DNA of 64,000 nt from Bacillota bacterium (GCA_049323895.1 JBMOKT010000017.1:19041-83040); one strand, 5' to 3'; positions 46,059-56,055 are shown, counted from the first letter of the stretch. A program made the numbers and translations. The notes: generated from the sequence alone by a model not told the origin.

Positions 46059-46098
46059 ACAATCCTCCTTTGGGCTGCCTTAACATTGGGGTTTGCTC

Positions 46099-47121
46099 CT
46101 AACGGTTACTTTCCAGGAGATTCACTATATCTTCAGAAGTTAAGTAATCTATCAGGTTTTTGGCAAGAAAGAATATCTTGTCGTAATTAATCAGCACTTG
46201 GTTATCCAATGAAGTATGGTTTTTGTTTAACCAGTTGGCAGCTAGAATGGTAATTGCGGGAATTTGTGCCTGGGAGAAGGGCTTGTGATCACTGGAATTT
46301 TGGGTTGTATTTTCTAAGACAAATTCTCCACCCTCAAGTTCTTGTAAGTGGGAGTAAATTCCTTGCACAATCTTGCCGGCATCCCCGTTCCAGATTATAA
46401 AGTCATTATCTGCACCGGAACCTATGCTGTCCAAGTTTATTACCATTCTTACCTGTGCAGGGTCCACAACAGGATTTTCAACAAAGTAGCTGGAACCTAA
46501 CAGCCCCATTTCCTCACCACCCCAAAAAGCAATAATTACTGAGTAGGGCAGATGCTCCTTAGATTTTAAAACCCGTGCCATTTCTAAAACTGCTGCTACA
46601 CCTGATGCATTGTCATTAGCCCCTGGATAAAGCTGGTTGTCAAGGCTTCCCAAATGATCATGATGAGCCGAGATAATTATGTATTCACCAGGTCTTACCG
46701 GACTCTCCAGCAAAGCCAAAACATTATCTGTGAGAAGTTTTGATTTCTCATTTATTAGATAGTAGACTAACCGATTATCTTCCCATTTCAGACCGGTTAA
46801 GGGCAGATGAAAGGTTTGAAAGTAAGTAGTATTCTTTCCTAATGGTTTTAAATTCATTTTTTTTAACTCTTGAGCTAAATATAGTACAGTCTCCCCATCC
46901 CCTGAAGTACCAGCCCTGCGCCCCTCAAGTTCTTTGGAGGTCAATATCTTTATATGCTTCTTAATATTTTCCTTTTCTAAGACAGTCTGGGGCTTAAGTC
47001 CCTTTTCTTCTTGGGTTAATTGTTTCCTCGCCGGTTGGCACCCTATAAACAGCCCTAAACCGATTACAAGTATAACTATCAGGCTGTAAACTGATCCGGT
47101 AAGTATTTTTGATTTATTCAC
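46099..47121 (-). CDS. M28-family aminopeptidase, membrane-anchored or lipoprotein
   Basis: Contains HHDHLG, PGANDNASGVAAVLE and WGGEEMGLLGS. Confidence 0.8.
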   Translation of the reverse strand: MNKSKILTGSVYSLIVILVIGLGLFIGCQPARKQLTQEEKGLKPQTVLEKENIKKHIKILTSKELEGRRAGTSGDGETVLYLAQELKKMNLKPLGKNTTYFQTFHLPLTGLKWEDNRLVYYLINEKSKLLTDNVLALLESPVRPGEYIIISAHHDHLGSLDNQLYPGANDNASGVAAVLEMARVLKSKEHLPYSVIIAFWGGEEMGLLGSSYFVENPVVDPAQVRMVINLDSIGSGADNDFIIWNGDAGKIVQGIYSHLQELEGGEFVLENTTQNSSDHKPFSQAQIPAITILAANWLNKNHTSLDNQVLINYDKIFFLAKNLIDYLTSEDIVNLLESNR

Positions 47122-47223
47122 ATTCTACCTCCTAGGCAGAAACAACGTTGAAAGAATAATGACTTCCCTGGTCCATTATATTCCTATTTAAGTATTATTA
47201 TAATCGTAACTATATTTTAGCTG

Positions 47224-48186
47224 CTAGTTATTCCTTTGTCCCTGCATATTTTTCCTTTTTAGTATCTCTCTGATACTCATTTCACTCTCGAAAACAAAGA
47301 TATCAGTTTTAGCGATTATCCTATCGGTCAGCCTTTGCCCATAGTTTCTTTGCAGCTCCGAAATACTTAAATTGCTGTTAATAATCCAAGGTTTGCTTAG
47401 ATTGTTTCTTTCATCAATTAGTATCCTAATTTGGTTTTCCGCAAAAGGAGTAATATTTTCAGAGCCTAAGTCATCAATAATTAATAAATCAACATTCTTT
47501 AATAGGTTTAACTGGTTATCATTGGGATTATTTTCGCCTTCCCTCTGGAATTTATTATCCCTGATGATATCTAACAGTTCTTCAATCCTTTTATAAACAA
47601 CAGTAATCCCTCGCTTTAGGGATTCATTGGCAATGGCTGCAGAAAGATGGGTTTTTCCCCGACCCACATCACCTAAAAATAAAAGGTTGTTTTGTTTTTC
47701 TCCCGCTGCTAAATTCTCCAGGAATTTTTTACACCGTCGTAATTTTTCCTCTATCACCAAGGGGTCTTTATAATAGGATGTATCAAAGGAGGCAAAGGTT
47801 TGGTTTTCCATATCCCCTTTTATGCCGCTCTGCCGGAAAAAGGCATCCAAGCGTTCCTGTTTATAACACTCACAAAGAATTCCGGGAGTAGTATAACCCC
47901 TATCCTTGCATTTAGGACAGTCCCATTCCGGTTCATAAATGTTATCAGCAATAGAATTAGCTTTTAAAATAAACTCTTTTTCCTTAATTAATAATTTTAC
48001 CTGTCGATCTATTTCATTTACCCTGCTGTTATTTTTTTTAAGTATGCCGTTATTTATCCTTTCATAGCTTAGGCGGCTGATTTCATCAGCAATTTCCTTT
48101 AGTCTAGGAAAGCTTTCATGAAGTCTCTCTATTTTTTTTTCACAGTCACTTATTTTTCTTTGGATTAATATTTCCCTGTTTAGCAT
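47224..48186 (-). CDS. dnaI: Helicase loader DnaI/DnaC-like AAA+ protein
   Basis: It has an N-terminal Zn motif CPKCKDRGY...CEC, Walker A GDVGRGKTH and Walker B LLIIDDLG. Confidence 0.85.
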   Translation of the reverse strand: MLNREILIQRKISDCEKKIERLHESFPRLKEIADEISRLSYERINNGILKKNNSRVNEIDRQVKLLIKEKEFILKANSIADNIYEPEWDCPKCKDRGYTTPGILCECYKQERLDAFFRQSGIKGDMENQTFASFDTSYYKDPLVIEEKLRRCKKFLENLAAGEKQNNLLFLGDVGRGKTHLSAAIANESLKRGITVVYKRIEELLDIIRDNKFQREGENNPNDNQLNLLKNVDLLIIDDLGSENITPFAENQIRILIDERNNLSKPWIINSNLSISELQRNYGQRLTDRIIAKTDIFVFESEMSIREILKRKNMQGQRNN

Positions 48187-48197
48187 GGGTGCAACTC

Positions 48198-49124
48198 CTA
48201 TTCTACCAAATCGTTTAAATCCCTAATATAGCTGTTTACATATTGTTTTTTGCTGCTTTGCCCCCCACCATCTGTCCCTCGATTCTGTTTTTTATAATTT
48301 TTTCTCTTTTCCAGATAGGGTGTTAAGGCATCAGGGGTTTTAACACCGGCTTGATGCCAGTTTTCCAGAATTTTATCTATGTAGCTGAAGGAGGGATCTG
48401 TGGCATGGATAGTCTGTTCCACAGCCAATAAAATCATTTCATGGGAAAACTTCCATTCATTGAACCATTTTTGGTAGCACTCTTTTTCTACCTCTGTAGG
48501 ATTATTTTTTTGACCCAGTCTTCTTTTTACCTCGATAACCTTGTAAAGGGTATAGTTAAGCTTTTCAATGAACAGCCCCAAACTCTCCCGATCTTGTACC
48601 TTAGCCCCAAAAGCCATTTGAGCAAAAAAGGCAAAGGCGTAATGTCGTCTAAAGCTGCTCTGGAAAAAAATATACATATCCAAAAGCAGGTCATAGGACC
48701 AGTTGTATTGCTGAACTACTTTTTGCAGCTCTACCTTTTCTTTGACAGATAAGAACCTGGCCAGTTTTTTTTCTAAGCTTTTAATAAATTGTGAATAATT
48801 CATTTCATCTTGAGTAACAGCAGTTTCAATAATAGCAGGATGAGCGCCCAGGTTATTGGCAATTAGATCAAACATGGGTGAAAAATCGACTTTGCCAATG
48901 TCTGGGTGCCAAAATACCAGGTTTTTCTTATGCAAACTCCTAATGGCTTCCATGGCATAAGAATCATTTTTATTGATTTGGTCACAGCCACAGTATAATA
49001 AATAAACGATCTTGCCTAAATCATCAAAGGTTAATCCTAATGGTTCCATTAATCCTAAGAGATTTTTGGGGATGCCTACAAATCCGCTCTCCATGAACCA
49101 TGCCGTCATGTTTTGGTTTGCCAT
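48198..49124 (-). CDS. DnaD-domain replication initiation protein (B. subtilis DnaB/DnaD type)
   Basis: It has the C-terminal DnaB_2/DnaD signature FSYIDKILENWHQAGVKT and sits immediately upstream of dnaI. Confidence 0.8.
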   Translation of the reverse strand: MANQNMTAWFMESGFVGIPKNLLGLMEPLGLTFDDLGKIVYLLYCGCDQINKNDSYAMEAIRSLHKKNLVFWHPDIGKVDFSPMFDLIANNLGAHPAIIETAVTQDEMNYSQFIKSLEKKLARFLSVKEKVELQKVVQQYNWSYDLLLDMYIFFQSSFRRHYAFAFFAQMAFGAKVQDRESLGLFIEKLNYTLYKVIEVKRRLGQKNNPTEVEKECYQKWFNEWKFSHEMILLAVEQTIHATDPSFSYIDKILENWHQAGVKTPDALTPYLEKRKNYKKQNRGTDGGGQSSKKQYVNSYIRDLNDLVE

Positions 49125-49156
49125 ATCATCACTCCTGAATCTTATGAAGCTTTACT

Positions 49157-49975
49157 CTAATCTACATGCAGGCTCTTGATGCGTACATCCACCCGCAGGA
49201 CATTTAACCCTGTCAAGTTTTCAATCAGTTCAATAGTTGCTTTTTGATATCTTTCTCCAACCATTTTTAGTACTGCGCCATATCTGGCAGTTACCTCAGC
49301 AGAAATAGAAACTCCGTCTTCATCCATAGCCACTTGAACTTTTAAAACCTGCTTTATTGACTCCTGCTTTTCAGCCGCAGCCTTGGCAAGCTGTTCAATA
49401 ACATTTTCTGAAATCAGGAGCTTCCCTAACATATTGAATCTAGGACGGATAATTGATTTCTCGCCCACCTTCCTCAGGTCCTTTTTTTTAAAGAAAAACT
49501 GTAAGGGGTCTATTAAGTAATTAGGAAAATCTTTTTTTACTTCAATGGTGGGTAGGGGAATTACATGCTTGCCAAAGTCATTCCTCATTTTTTTAGCCTT
49601 AATAATATCCAGTTCTGAAGAAATTTCCTCAATAAATATAAGGTTTTGTGCTGGGGGCAAATCCAAGGCTTGGGTAATTTTTTCGATCATTTTCACCGAT
49701 GTTCCCAAAATCAGTATTCTTTCAGGATTTACCCTTTCTATCTCCTTTTTAACAACCTCCGCGTGCTCAGGTTCCATAAATATGGCCCTTTTAACAGCCT
49801 GAATAGAGGTTAACTCTCGTTTTGCTGAGAAACCCGCCAATTTTCGACCATCTTTAATTAAGAGACCATCATCGATAATAGTGTCAATTCCTTTTTCTGC
49901 AGCCACCAACATAGCCTTATGGCTTTTACCGGTTCCGCTCTCACCAATCAAGGCATAAATTTCTATTATAATCAC
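49157..49975 (-). CDS. Uncharacterised fusion of a P-loop NTPase N-domain and an Asp23/Gls24-like C-domain
   Basis: Walker A GESGTGKS is at residues 11-18. The C-terminal roughly 100 aa (GKLLISENVIEQLAKAAA...GVSISAEVTARYGAVLKMVGERYQKATIELIENLTGLNVLRVDVRIKSL) has the Asp23 pattern. Confidence 0.6.
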   Translation of the reverse strand: MIIIEIYALIGESGTGKSHKAMLVAAEKGIDTIIDDGLLIKDGRKLAGFSAKRELTSIQAVKRAIFMEPEHAEVVKKEIERVNPERILILGTSVKMIEKITQALDLPPAQNLIFIEEISSELDIIKAKKMRNDFGKHVIPLPTIEVKKDFPNYLIDPLQFFFKKKDLRKVGEKSIIRPRFNMLGKLLISENVIEQLAKAAAEKQESIKQVLKVQVAMDEDGVSISAEVTARYGAVLKMVGERYQKATIELIENLTGLNVLRVDVRIKSLHVD

Positions 49976-50274
49976 CCCCGGAAACCTAGCACCTATCTCT
50001 ATAGTATTTTCTATTCGTAAATTTCGCTTTAATTTGACAAAATTCCTTCAACAAAACACTTATCTTTGGTTTCAGATTAGACATCTTCTATTAGTTTACC
50101 AAATAAATAGTCCATTTTAGTCCTATCCCACCTAATTGGCAACATATTACACAGCTGTATTTGTTATAATAATACCATATAATTTGTAAACTTTTTTTCC
50201 TCATTATCACAAGGGAGGAATAGATTAGAGAATTGAGAATTAAAATCTTCATAGCGAAAGGGATGATAATTAAT

Positions 50275-51345
50275 ATGGATAGATTAAAATTAATTCAAGA
50301 ACTGACTGAGCTCCATGGGGTATCAGGCTTTGAAGAAGAGGTAAGGCATTACATAAAGGACAGAATGGAAAAGATTTCCGAAATATCTTATGACAATCTG
50401 GGAAGCATCATCTGCCGCAAACAAGGTACAGATGAGAATCCCCGCATTATGCTGCCCGGGCATATGGATGAAATTGGCTTCTTAGTAAGTGCTATTACCA
50501 AGGACGGGTATCTTAAATTTATACCCCTAGGCGGCTGGTGGGACCAGGTTTTATTAGCCCATAAAGTAATAGTTAAAACTTCCAAAGGAAAAATACCCGG
50601 TATAATCGGTTCTACCCCTCCGCATCTCTTGGATGCAAAAGAGCGGGAAAAGATTGTAGAAAAAAAGGTTATGTTTATTGACGTTGGTGCGGAAAGCAAG
50701 GAAGAAGCCATGGAAAAATTCGGAATTAGACCGGGAGATGTGGTAATCCCAGAGAGTTCTTTCACCCTCATGCATAACCCTAGATACATAATGTCGAAGG
50801 CCTTGGATGACCGCTTGGGGGTAGCTTTATTTATGGAAACCATTGAGGAATTAAGCAAAATAGAACATCCCAATACGGTTTATGGGGTGGGAACAGTTCA
50901 AGAAGAAGTGGGACTGCGGGGTGCACAAACTTCTACAGACTTAATTAAACCCGACATCACCTTTGTCTTGGATGTGGGCATAGCAGGTGATACCCCCGGC
51001 TTAGAGAGCCTGCACATAGATGTCAAGTTAGGAAAAGGTCCCATTCTTCTACTGGCCGACGCTTCCATGATACCTAACAGGACACTTCGGGATTTTGTAA
51101 TAGATACGGCAGCAAGCCAAGGTATTCCCTTGCAATTTACCACCATGATGGGTGGGGGTACTGACGGAGGAGCTATCCACAAGTATGGGGCAGGTGTACC
51201 TTCCGTTGCTTTTGGCATTCCAACCCGTTATATCCATAGCCATAGCAGTCTTTTCCACCGGGAGGATTATGAAAATCTTCTCAGGCTTTTGATTGAAATG
51301 ATAAAAAAACTAGACGCCAGCACTGCAGATTTAATTAGAAAGTAA
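50275..51345 (+). CDS. M42-family glutamyl aminopeptidase (FrvX/CelM type)
   Basis: Contains LTELHGVSGFEE, HMDEIG, DDRLG and QEEVGLRGA. The start was chosen at MDRLKL (50275). The track ORF begins at a TTG at 50233. Confidence 0.88.
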   Translation: MDRLKLIQELTELHGVSGFEEEVRHYIKDRMEKISEISYDNLGSIICRKQGTDENPRIMLPGHMDEIGFLVSAITKDGYLKFIPLGGWWDQVLLAHKVIVKTSKGKIPGIIGSTPPHLLDAKEREKIVEKKVMFIDVGAESKEEAMEKFGIRPGDVVIPESSFTLMHNPRYIMSKALDDRLGVALFMETIEELSKIEHPNTVYGVGTVQEEVGLRGAQTSTDLIKPDITFVLDVGIAGDTPGLESLHIDVKLGKGPILLLADASMIPNRTLRDFVIDTAASQGIPLQFTTMMGGGTDGGAIHKYGAGVPSVAFGIPTRYIHSHSSLFHREDYENLLRLLIEMIKKLDASTADLIRK

Positions 51346-51391
51346 AAATTTAGATAAAACCATTTTTAAGAAGGAAAAACATAATATCTTA

Positions 51392-51423
51392 AAGAAATAA
51401 GTCGAAAGCTTATTTCTTTTTTT
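51392..51423 (+). terminator. Intrinsic terminator after the M42 peptidase gene
   Basis: AAGAAATAAG-tcgaaag-CTTATTTCTT-TTTTT. Confidence 0.8.
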
Positions 51424-51471
51424 GTACTTACAAGAAAACTTTTACAAGATAAAGGAAACGGGGGCAGTTAT

Positions 51472-52320
51472 ATGTCTTGGATTCACCAAATACCAAAAGA
51501 TTTAGCTGAAAAGGTTGTTCAAATGCTGCATGAGGTTACTGGGAGCAATGTGCATGTCCAAGGGGAAGAGGGTGAAATCATCGCAACTACCCAACCCCAC
51601 AGATTAGGATTCAAACACCCGGCGGCAAAAGCTGTAATGGAAGGCAGCAAACCCTTTGTTGCTATTACGGATGAAGAAGCCGCAAAAATGGAAGGAGTTT
51701 TGGCAGGTTATACCGGTCCCATTATAATGAACGGTAAAAGAATTGCATGTGTAGGTATCACCGGTAACCCTAATTTTGTGGCTCCCCTGCAAAAATTAGC
51801 AGCTGTAATTGTTACCGAAGAAATCCAAAAAGCTGAAATTAATACGGCAAAACAATTGATTATTGATAAGGTTGCTGCAAGGGTTCAGGAAATATCAGCT
51901 GCAGTCCAAGAAATTTCTGCAGGAGCGGAAGAAATTGCCGGTACTAGCAGTTCCTTGGAAAATGTAGCAAAAACTCTGGAAAACCAGGTTAATGATATTA
52001 ATAAAGTTCTAGAACTTATTAGAAACATTGCAGGTCAAACCAACCTGTTGGGTTTGAATGCTGCTATTGAGGCTGCCAGGGCCGGTGAACAAGGGCGTGG
52101 CTTTGCAGTTGTTGCCGACGAAGTGAGAAAATTATCCAGCCATTCAACAAATTCTTTAAAAGACATAAACCAGGTTCTGAATGAAATAAAATCGCTGATC
52201 TTTGATATAACAACTGGTGTCCAGCAAAATGCTACTACAACAAATGAACAAGCTTTAGCACTGCAACAGGTTACCAAAAGCATTTTGGAAATCCAGCAGG
52301 AAATAATGGGATTAACGTAA
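51472..52320 (+). CDS. Soluble fusion of a sugar-diacid-recognition (CdaR N-terminal type) domain and a short MCP signalling tip
   Basis: The N-domain ([23 protein letters not shown]...[30 protein letters not shown]) matches the Diacid_rec pattern. The C-terminal part carries [37 protein letters not shown]. Confidence 0.8.
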   Translation: MSWIHQIPKDLAEKVVQMLHEVTGSNVHVQGEEGEIIATTQPHRLGFKHPAAKAVMEGSKPFVAITDEEAAKMEGVLAGYTGPIIMNGKRIACVGITGNPNFVAPLQKLAAVIVTEEIQKAEINTAKQLIIDKVAARVQEISAAVQEISAGAEEIAGTSSSLENVAKTLENQVNDINKVLELIRNIAGQTNLLGLNAAIEAARAGEQGRGFAVVADEVRKLSSHSTNSLKDINQVLNEIKSLIFDITTGVQQNATTTNEQALALQQVTKSILEIQQEIMGLT

Positions 52321-52322
52321 AA

Positions 52323-52353
52323 AACCGGGCAGTTTTAATTGAACTGCCCGGTT
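52323..52353. terminator. Bidirectional terminator between convergent genes
   Basis: AACCGGGCAGTT-7 nt-AACTGCCCGGTT, a 12-bp perfect stem. Confidence 0.8.
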
Positions 52354-52355
52354 CC

Positions 52356-53228
52356 TTATTCCCCTGCTAAATACCTTACTATCTCCTTATAAATATCGGG
52401 ACTGTATTGGTCTTCTAATCCGGCATCAATATTAGGGTTATCATTAACCTCAATTACATAATAGTCACCATCTACCTCTTTTATATCAATGCCATAAAGG
52501 CTGTTGCCAATTGCCTTAGCTGCTTTGACGGCTGTCTCCAAAAGCATGGGACTTGCATTTTCTGCTCGTAAACCTTGCACAGAGCAATGCTCACCATCCT
52601 GGGACCTATCCATCAACCGCCAGGTATTCCTGGCAAAAATATATTTTACCACGGCCAGGACTTTTCCATTAAGGACCAGTATTCTCCAATCAAAATCACT
52701 GGGCATATACTGCTGTACAATAATCCTATCGGCCCTGCGCAAAAATCTCTTGCCCACCTTGATAAATTCATCTACCGATTTTACTTTTTCAACATAGGCA
52801 GAAAAACTGGAATTAGGAGCTTTTAATACTAAAGGTATCCCTAACGTCTCAAATAGCTCCTTGGCATTTTCTTTAGTAACTTCTTTGGTATCTAAAAAAG
52901 CTGTTTGTGGTATGGGGACTTCCTTGGCAATCAGTCTTTTGTACATGTTTGCTTTGTCACAACATATTCTAATGCTTTCGGGCTCATCAATTACTCTTAG
53001 TCCTTTCATTTGCGCCATCCTGGCGACAACATAGCTGGTATTCAGCGGGTCAGTCAATGCCCTGATAAATACCGCATCATAATTTCCCAGGTATTTTAAC
53101 TCACTGCGGAAAAGAAAATCCAGTTGGTGTCCCAATTCAAATGCCGCAAGGCGGTAATTGGTCAAAGCGGCAAGTTCCACAGAGCTTCTGATAGTGTACC
53201 GTTCAGTAAAAATTGCTATTTTTGCCAT
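52356..53228 (-). CDS. rimK: RimK-family ATP-grasp alpha-L-glutamate ligase
   Basis: It has the ATP-grasp fold pattern (PLVLKAPNSSFS...IVQQYMPSDFDWRILVLNGK...YVIEVNDNP). Confidence 0.85.
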   Translation of the reverse strand: MAKIAIFTERYTIRSSVELAALTNYRLAAFELGHQLDFLFRSELKYLGNYDAVFIRALTDPLNTSYVVARMAQMKGLRVIDEPESIRICCDKANMYKRLIAKEVPIPQTAFLDTKEVTKENAKELFETLGIPLVLKAPNSSFSAYVEKVKSVDEFIKVGKRFLRRADRIIVQQYMPSDFDWRILVLNGKVLAVVKYIFARNTWRLMDRSQDGEHCSVQGLRAENASPMLLETAVKAAKAIGNSLYGIDIKEVDGDYYVIEVNDNPNIDAGLEDQYSPDIYKEIVRYLAGE

Positions 53229-53824
53229 GTCCCTGACTCCTCAATGATTTTTTTCTCTTTTAATGTAAGCTCATCAAATAACAGCGGCTCTATTGCAGAA
53301 AACAAATAGCGGGAGGTTGTAACAATAACCCTGATTTTCATTAAAGGAATCCTAAAGACCTGGAAGACCGCCTGGGTAAACTCCTCATATTCCTTGACCA
53401 AGGTCTTGCCTAAAACACACCGGACAATATCAATACGGTAGTCTTCCGGCAATCTTTGGCATAGGGTGGCATATTTACCGCTCATGGTGACGGTATTAAG
53501 TTTTTGTTTGAGGTTGTCACTATCTGTAATAACCTCAAACTTGGAAGTATAGGGGTTTATAGGATAGGCTAAAACCGGCGGCACAATTTTTTCGGTAACA
53601 ATCTCATATTCCGGGGTAAAAATATTGTTTAACTTGGCTTTTTCCATTGCAAGGGGTACTACATAAGCGTCCAATGCTTCTTCTGTTGTGGGCATTATCT
53701 TCTCATCCGCCAATTCGGCATCTAACGAAATGTAATACCCAGCAGTGAGATAGGTATAGTCACCAAACATATTTAGAAAAAAATCACCATCATTTTTTAG
53801 CTTAAAAAGAATGGCATTACTCAT
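53216..53824 (-). CDS. RimK-like ATP-grasp N-terminal (RLAN) domain protein, encoded as a separate ORF
   Basis: TYLTAGYYISLDAELADEKIMPT resembles the RLAN motif. Its 3' end overlaps the rimK start by 13 nt. The start was moved to 53824 because GGGGG lies 6 nt upstream. Confidence 0.55.
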   Translation of the reverse strand: MSNAILFKLKNDGDFFLNMFGDYTYLTAGYYISLDAELADEKIMPTTEEALDAYVVPLAMEKAKLNNIFTPEYEIVTEKIVPPVLAYPINPYTSKFEVITDSDNLKQKLNTVTMSGKYATLCQRLPEDYRIDIVRCVLGKTLVKEYEEFTQAVFQVFRIPLMKIRVIVTTSRYLFSAIEPLLFDELTLKEKKIIEESGTWQK

Positions 53825-53861
53825 TTTCTGCCCCCATTCCACACAATAATCTACGTTCTAT

Positions 53862-55187
53862 TTATAATCCTTTTTCGATAAGTTTACAAGGCAAAAAATT
53901 GGCATTTTCTAAATTACTATCCGACTTCATACTGTAACATTTTTGCAGAAAAAGTTTATATTCACTGACAGCTACCTCTTGGGCCAGAAGAGTACGCCTG
54001 TTAATTTCTTCATAATTTATTAATAACAAGTCAACTACATTTTTATCCAACGCCATATTATCAACCATTTTTTTTAGTATATTTATTACTTGGCTTTTGG
54101 GCATACCTTTTCTATATGGCCGGTCTTCCGTCAAAGCTGTAAAGACATCTGCAACAGCCATAATGCGGGAGCCCAAGGAAAGGCTGTCTTCGTTCAAATT
54201 AAATGGATAACCGCTTCCATCCAGTTTTTCATGGTGTAATGATGCCCAATTATTAATTACATTTAATTCTTTGATAGGAAAAAGAGTCCGGTATGTATAA
54301 AAAGTATGGGTTTTAATAATATTAAATTCGTCTTTTGTCAACTGCCCTGGTTTCTCCAAAATTTCACCAGGCACAGCCAGTTTGCCAATATCATGAAGGA
54401 AACCAGCCACTCTCATCATCTTTTGTTCTACAATGGAAAAGGATGACAACTGTGCCAGGCTTTCCGCTGCAGAGGCAACACCGCTGGAATGGCGGGCGGT
54501 AAAAGCTGACCTGAAATCAATAAGATGGGAGAATACTTTGGTAACTGATAACAACTCATCTATGGAAATAGTAAAGTCCCCTAGATTAACCTTGTCTTTT
54601 AATATGGGAACAGTATAATGGGATGCAGCTTCCAGCCAAATATATACCTTGGGGAGCAAATCCTGAAATAGGTGAACTAAATCAGGCATAAACATTTTGC
54701 CTTTTTGTTGGGAAATGGTCTGATATATTCTATCCATTTGGTTTAATATATCTTTTTGAGGATTAATCAAAACTGCAATACGATCGGCTAAATGAACTAT
54801 ATAGCTGCCCAGGGGAATTTCCTGGTTTTCACGGGATTTTTCCCACCAGCAGTGGTGATGCCTAATAATCTCCGCAGCCTTAGCAAAAGGCTGATGTTTG
54901 CTAAGCAGGAGAAACCCATTTATACTATGGTCCGAATCCTTTAATTCAAACTCCAAGGCATCGATTCTTTCCTTTAAAGTTAATCCCCCTATATCATGCA
55001 AAGCAGCAGCCAGGAAAATATCATTTCTTTCTTCCCTGGAAAGTCCCAATTCTTCTGCAAAGCAGTAGGAAAGATAGGCTACCCGCTTATGGTGGTCAAC
55101 TAAAGTAGGGCTGATTAGATCTACTGTATTAGTAATACTCATTACCAGGTCAAACAAAGGTATATTTAAGTTTTTCATAGAATGCAT
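53862..55187 (-). CDS. Tandem HD / HD-GYP domain protein (candidate c-di-GMP phosphodiesterase)
   Basis: The first HD domain carries HHKRV...ALHDIGG. The second carries HSSGV...FLHDIGK...HHEKLDGSGYP. Confidence 0.85.
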   Translation of the reverse strand: MHSMKNLNIPLFDLVMSITNTVDLISPTLVDHHKRVAYLSYCFAEELGLSREERNDIFLAAALHDIGGLTLKERIDALEFELKDSDHSINGFLLLSKHQPFAKAAEIIRHHHCWWEKSRENQEIPLGSYIVHLADRIAVLINPQKDILNQMDRIYQTISQQKGKMFMPDLVHLFQDLLPKVYIWLEAASHYTVPILKDKVNLGDFTISIDELLSVTKVFSHLIDFRSAFTARHSSGVASAAESLAQLSSFSIVEQKMMRVAGFLHDIGKLAVPGEILEKPGQLTKDEFNIIKTHTFYTYRTLFPIKELNVINNWASLHHEKLDGSGYPFNLNEDSLSLGSRIMAVADVFTALTEDRPYRKGMPKSQVINILKKMVDNMALDKNVVDLLLINYEEINRRTLLAQEVAVSEYKLFLQKCYSMKSDSNLENANFLPCKLIEKGL

Positions 55188-55221
55188 CTAACTCCGTTCT
55201 AAACTATATTCAATCCTTAAA

Positions 55222-56055
55222 CTAGGATACTTCCGATATATTTATTGAATTCTTACCGCTGTCTTTTGCCGAATACATTACCCTGTCAGCTGTCTTTACA
55301 AGCTCATTAACATCATTAGGTGCAGTGTTATATACTACTACACCAATACTGAAAGTAATAAACCAGACATTTTGTTTCATGGCATTTAATAAATCCTGCT
55401 GTATCCTTTTGAGAATCAGTTCAGCTTGTTGGCAGCCGCTTTCGGGCATTAGTATTGCAAACTCATCCCCTCCTAATCTGGCAACAAGATCTGTTTTTCT
55501 AATATTTTTCTCAATAACTGAGCCTACTACCGTTAATACCCTATCTCCTACCTCGTGACCTAAAATATCATTCACTGCTTTAAAATTATCTAAATCAAGA
55601 TAAGCAACTGACAGGGGACGCTTATTCCTGCGCAAACGTTCCATTTCCACTTCTGCCCGCTCATAGAAAGCCCTCCGGTTCGCAATCCCAGTTAAGGAAT
55701 CCTCCCGGGCAAAGTTTTTTTCTGAATCCAAAGTACTTCTTAGCATATACAAAGCTAAAACAATAATCATCAGAAAGGAAAATCTTAAGGCGGAGTTGAT
55801 ATAGAAAATACCTGAAGAGAAATTTTCAGGAATTAAGAAGATTTCAATAACGGTCCAAATTATTCCGCTTAAAATTGACATAAATAGACCCGCACCTTCA
55901 CCCACATACCAAGTAACGTAAGAGATAGGAATAAAGTAAAAATAGGAGAAATGGATATCTTTTCCTAGAAAAAAGTCAATAGTGGCAATAAATAGTATTT
56001 GCACAAGCCCGGTGCTAACATAAAATTTATTTGTATGAATACTGTTCGGATTCAA
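55222..56055 (-). CDS. Membrane-bound diguanylate cyclase (GGDEF)
   Basis: Four N-terminal TM segments are followed by DSLTGIANRR and the RLGGDEFAIL active site. No RxxD I-site is evident upstream of GGDEF. Confidence 0.88.
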   Translation of the reverse strand: MNPNSIHTNKFYVSTGLVQILFIATIDFFLGKDIHFSYFYFIPISYVTWYVGEGAGLFMSILSGIIWTVIEIFLIPENFSSGIFYINSALRFSFLMIIVLALYMLRSTLDSEKNFAREDSLTGIANRRAFYERAEVEMERLRRNKRPLSVAYLDLDNFKAVNDILGHEVGDRVLTVVGSVIEKNIRKTDLVARLGGDEFAILMPESGCQQAELILKRIQQDLLNAMKQNVWFITFSIGVVVYNTAPNDVNELVKTADRVMYSAKDSGKNSINISEVS

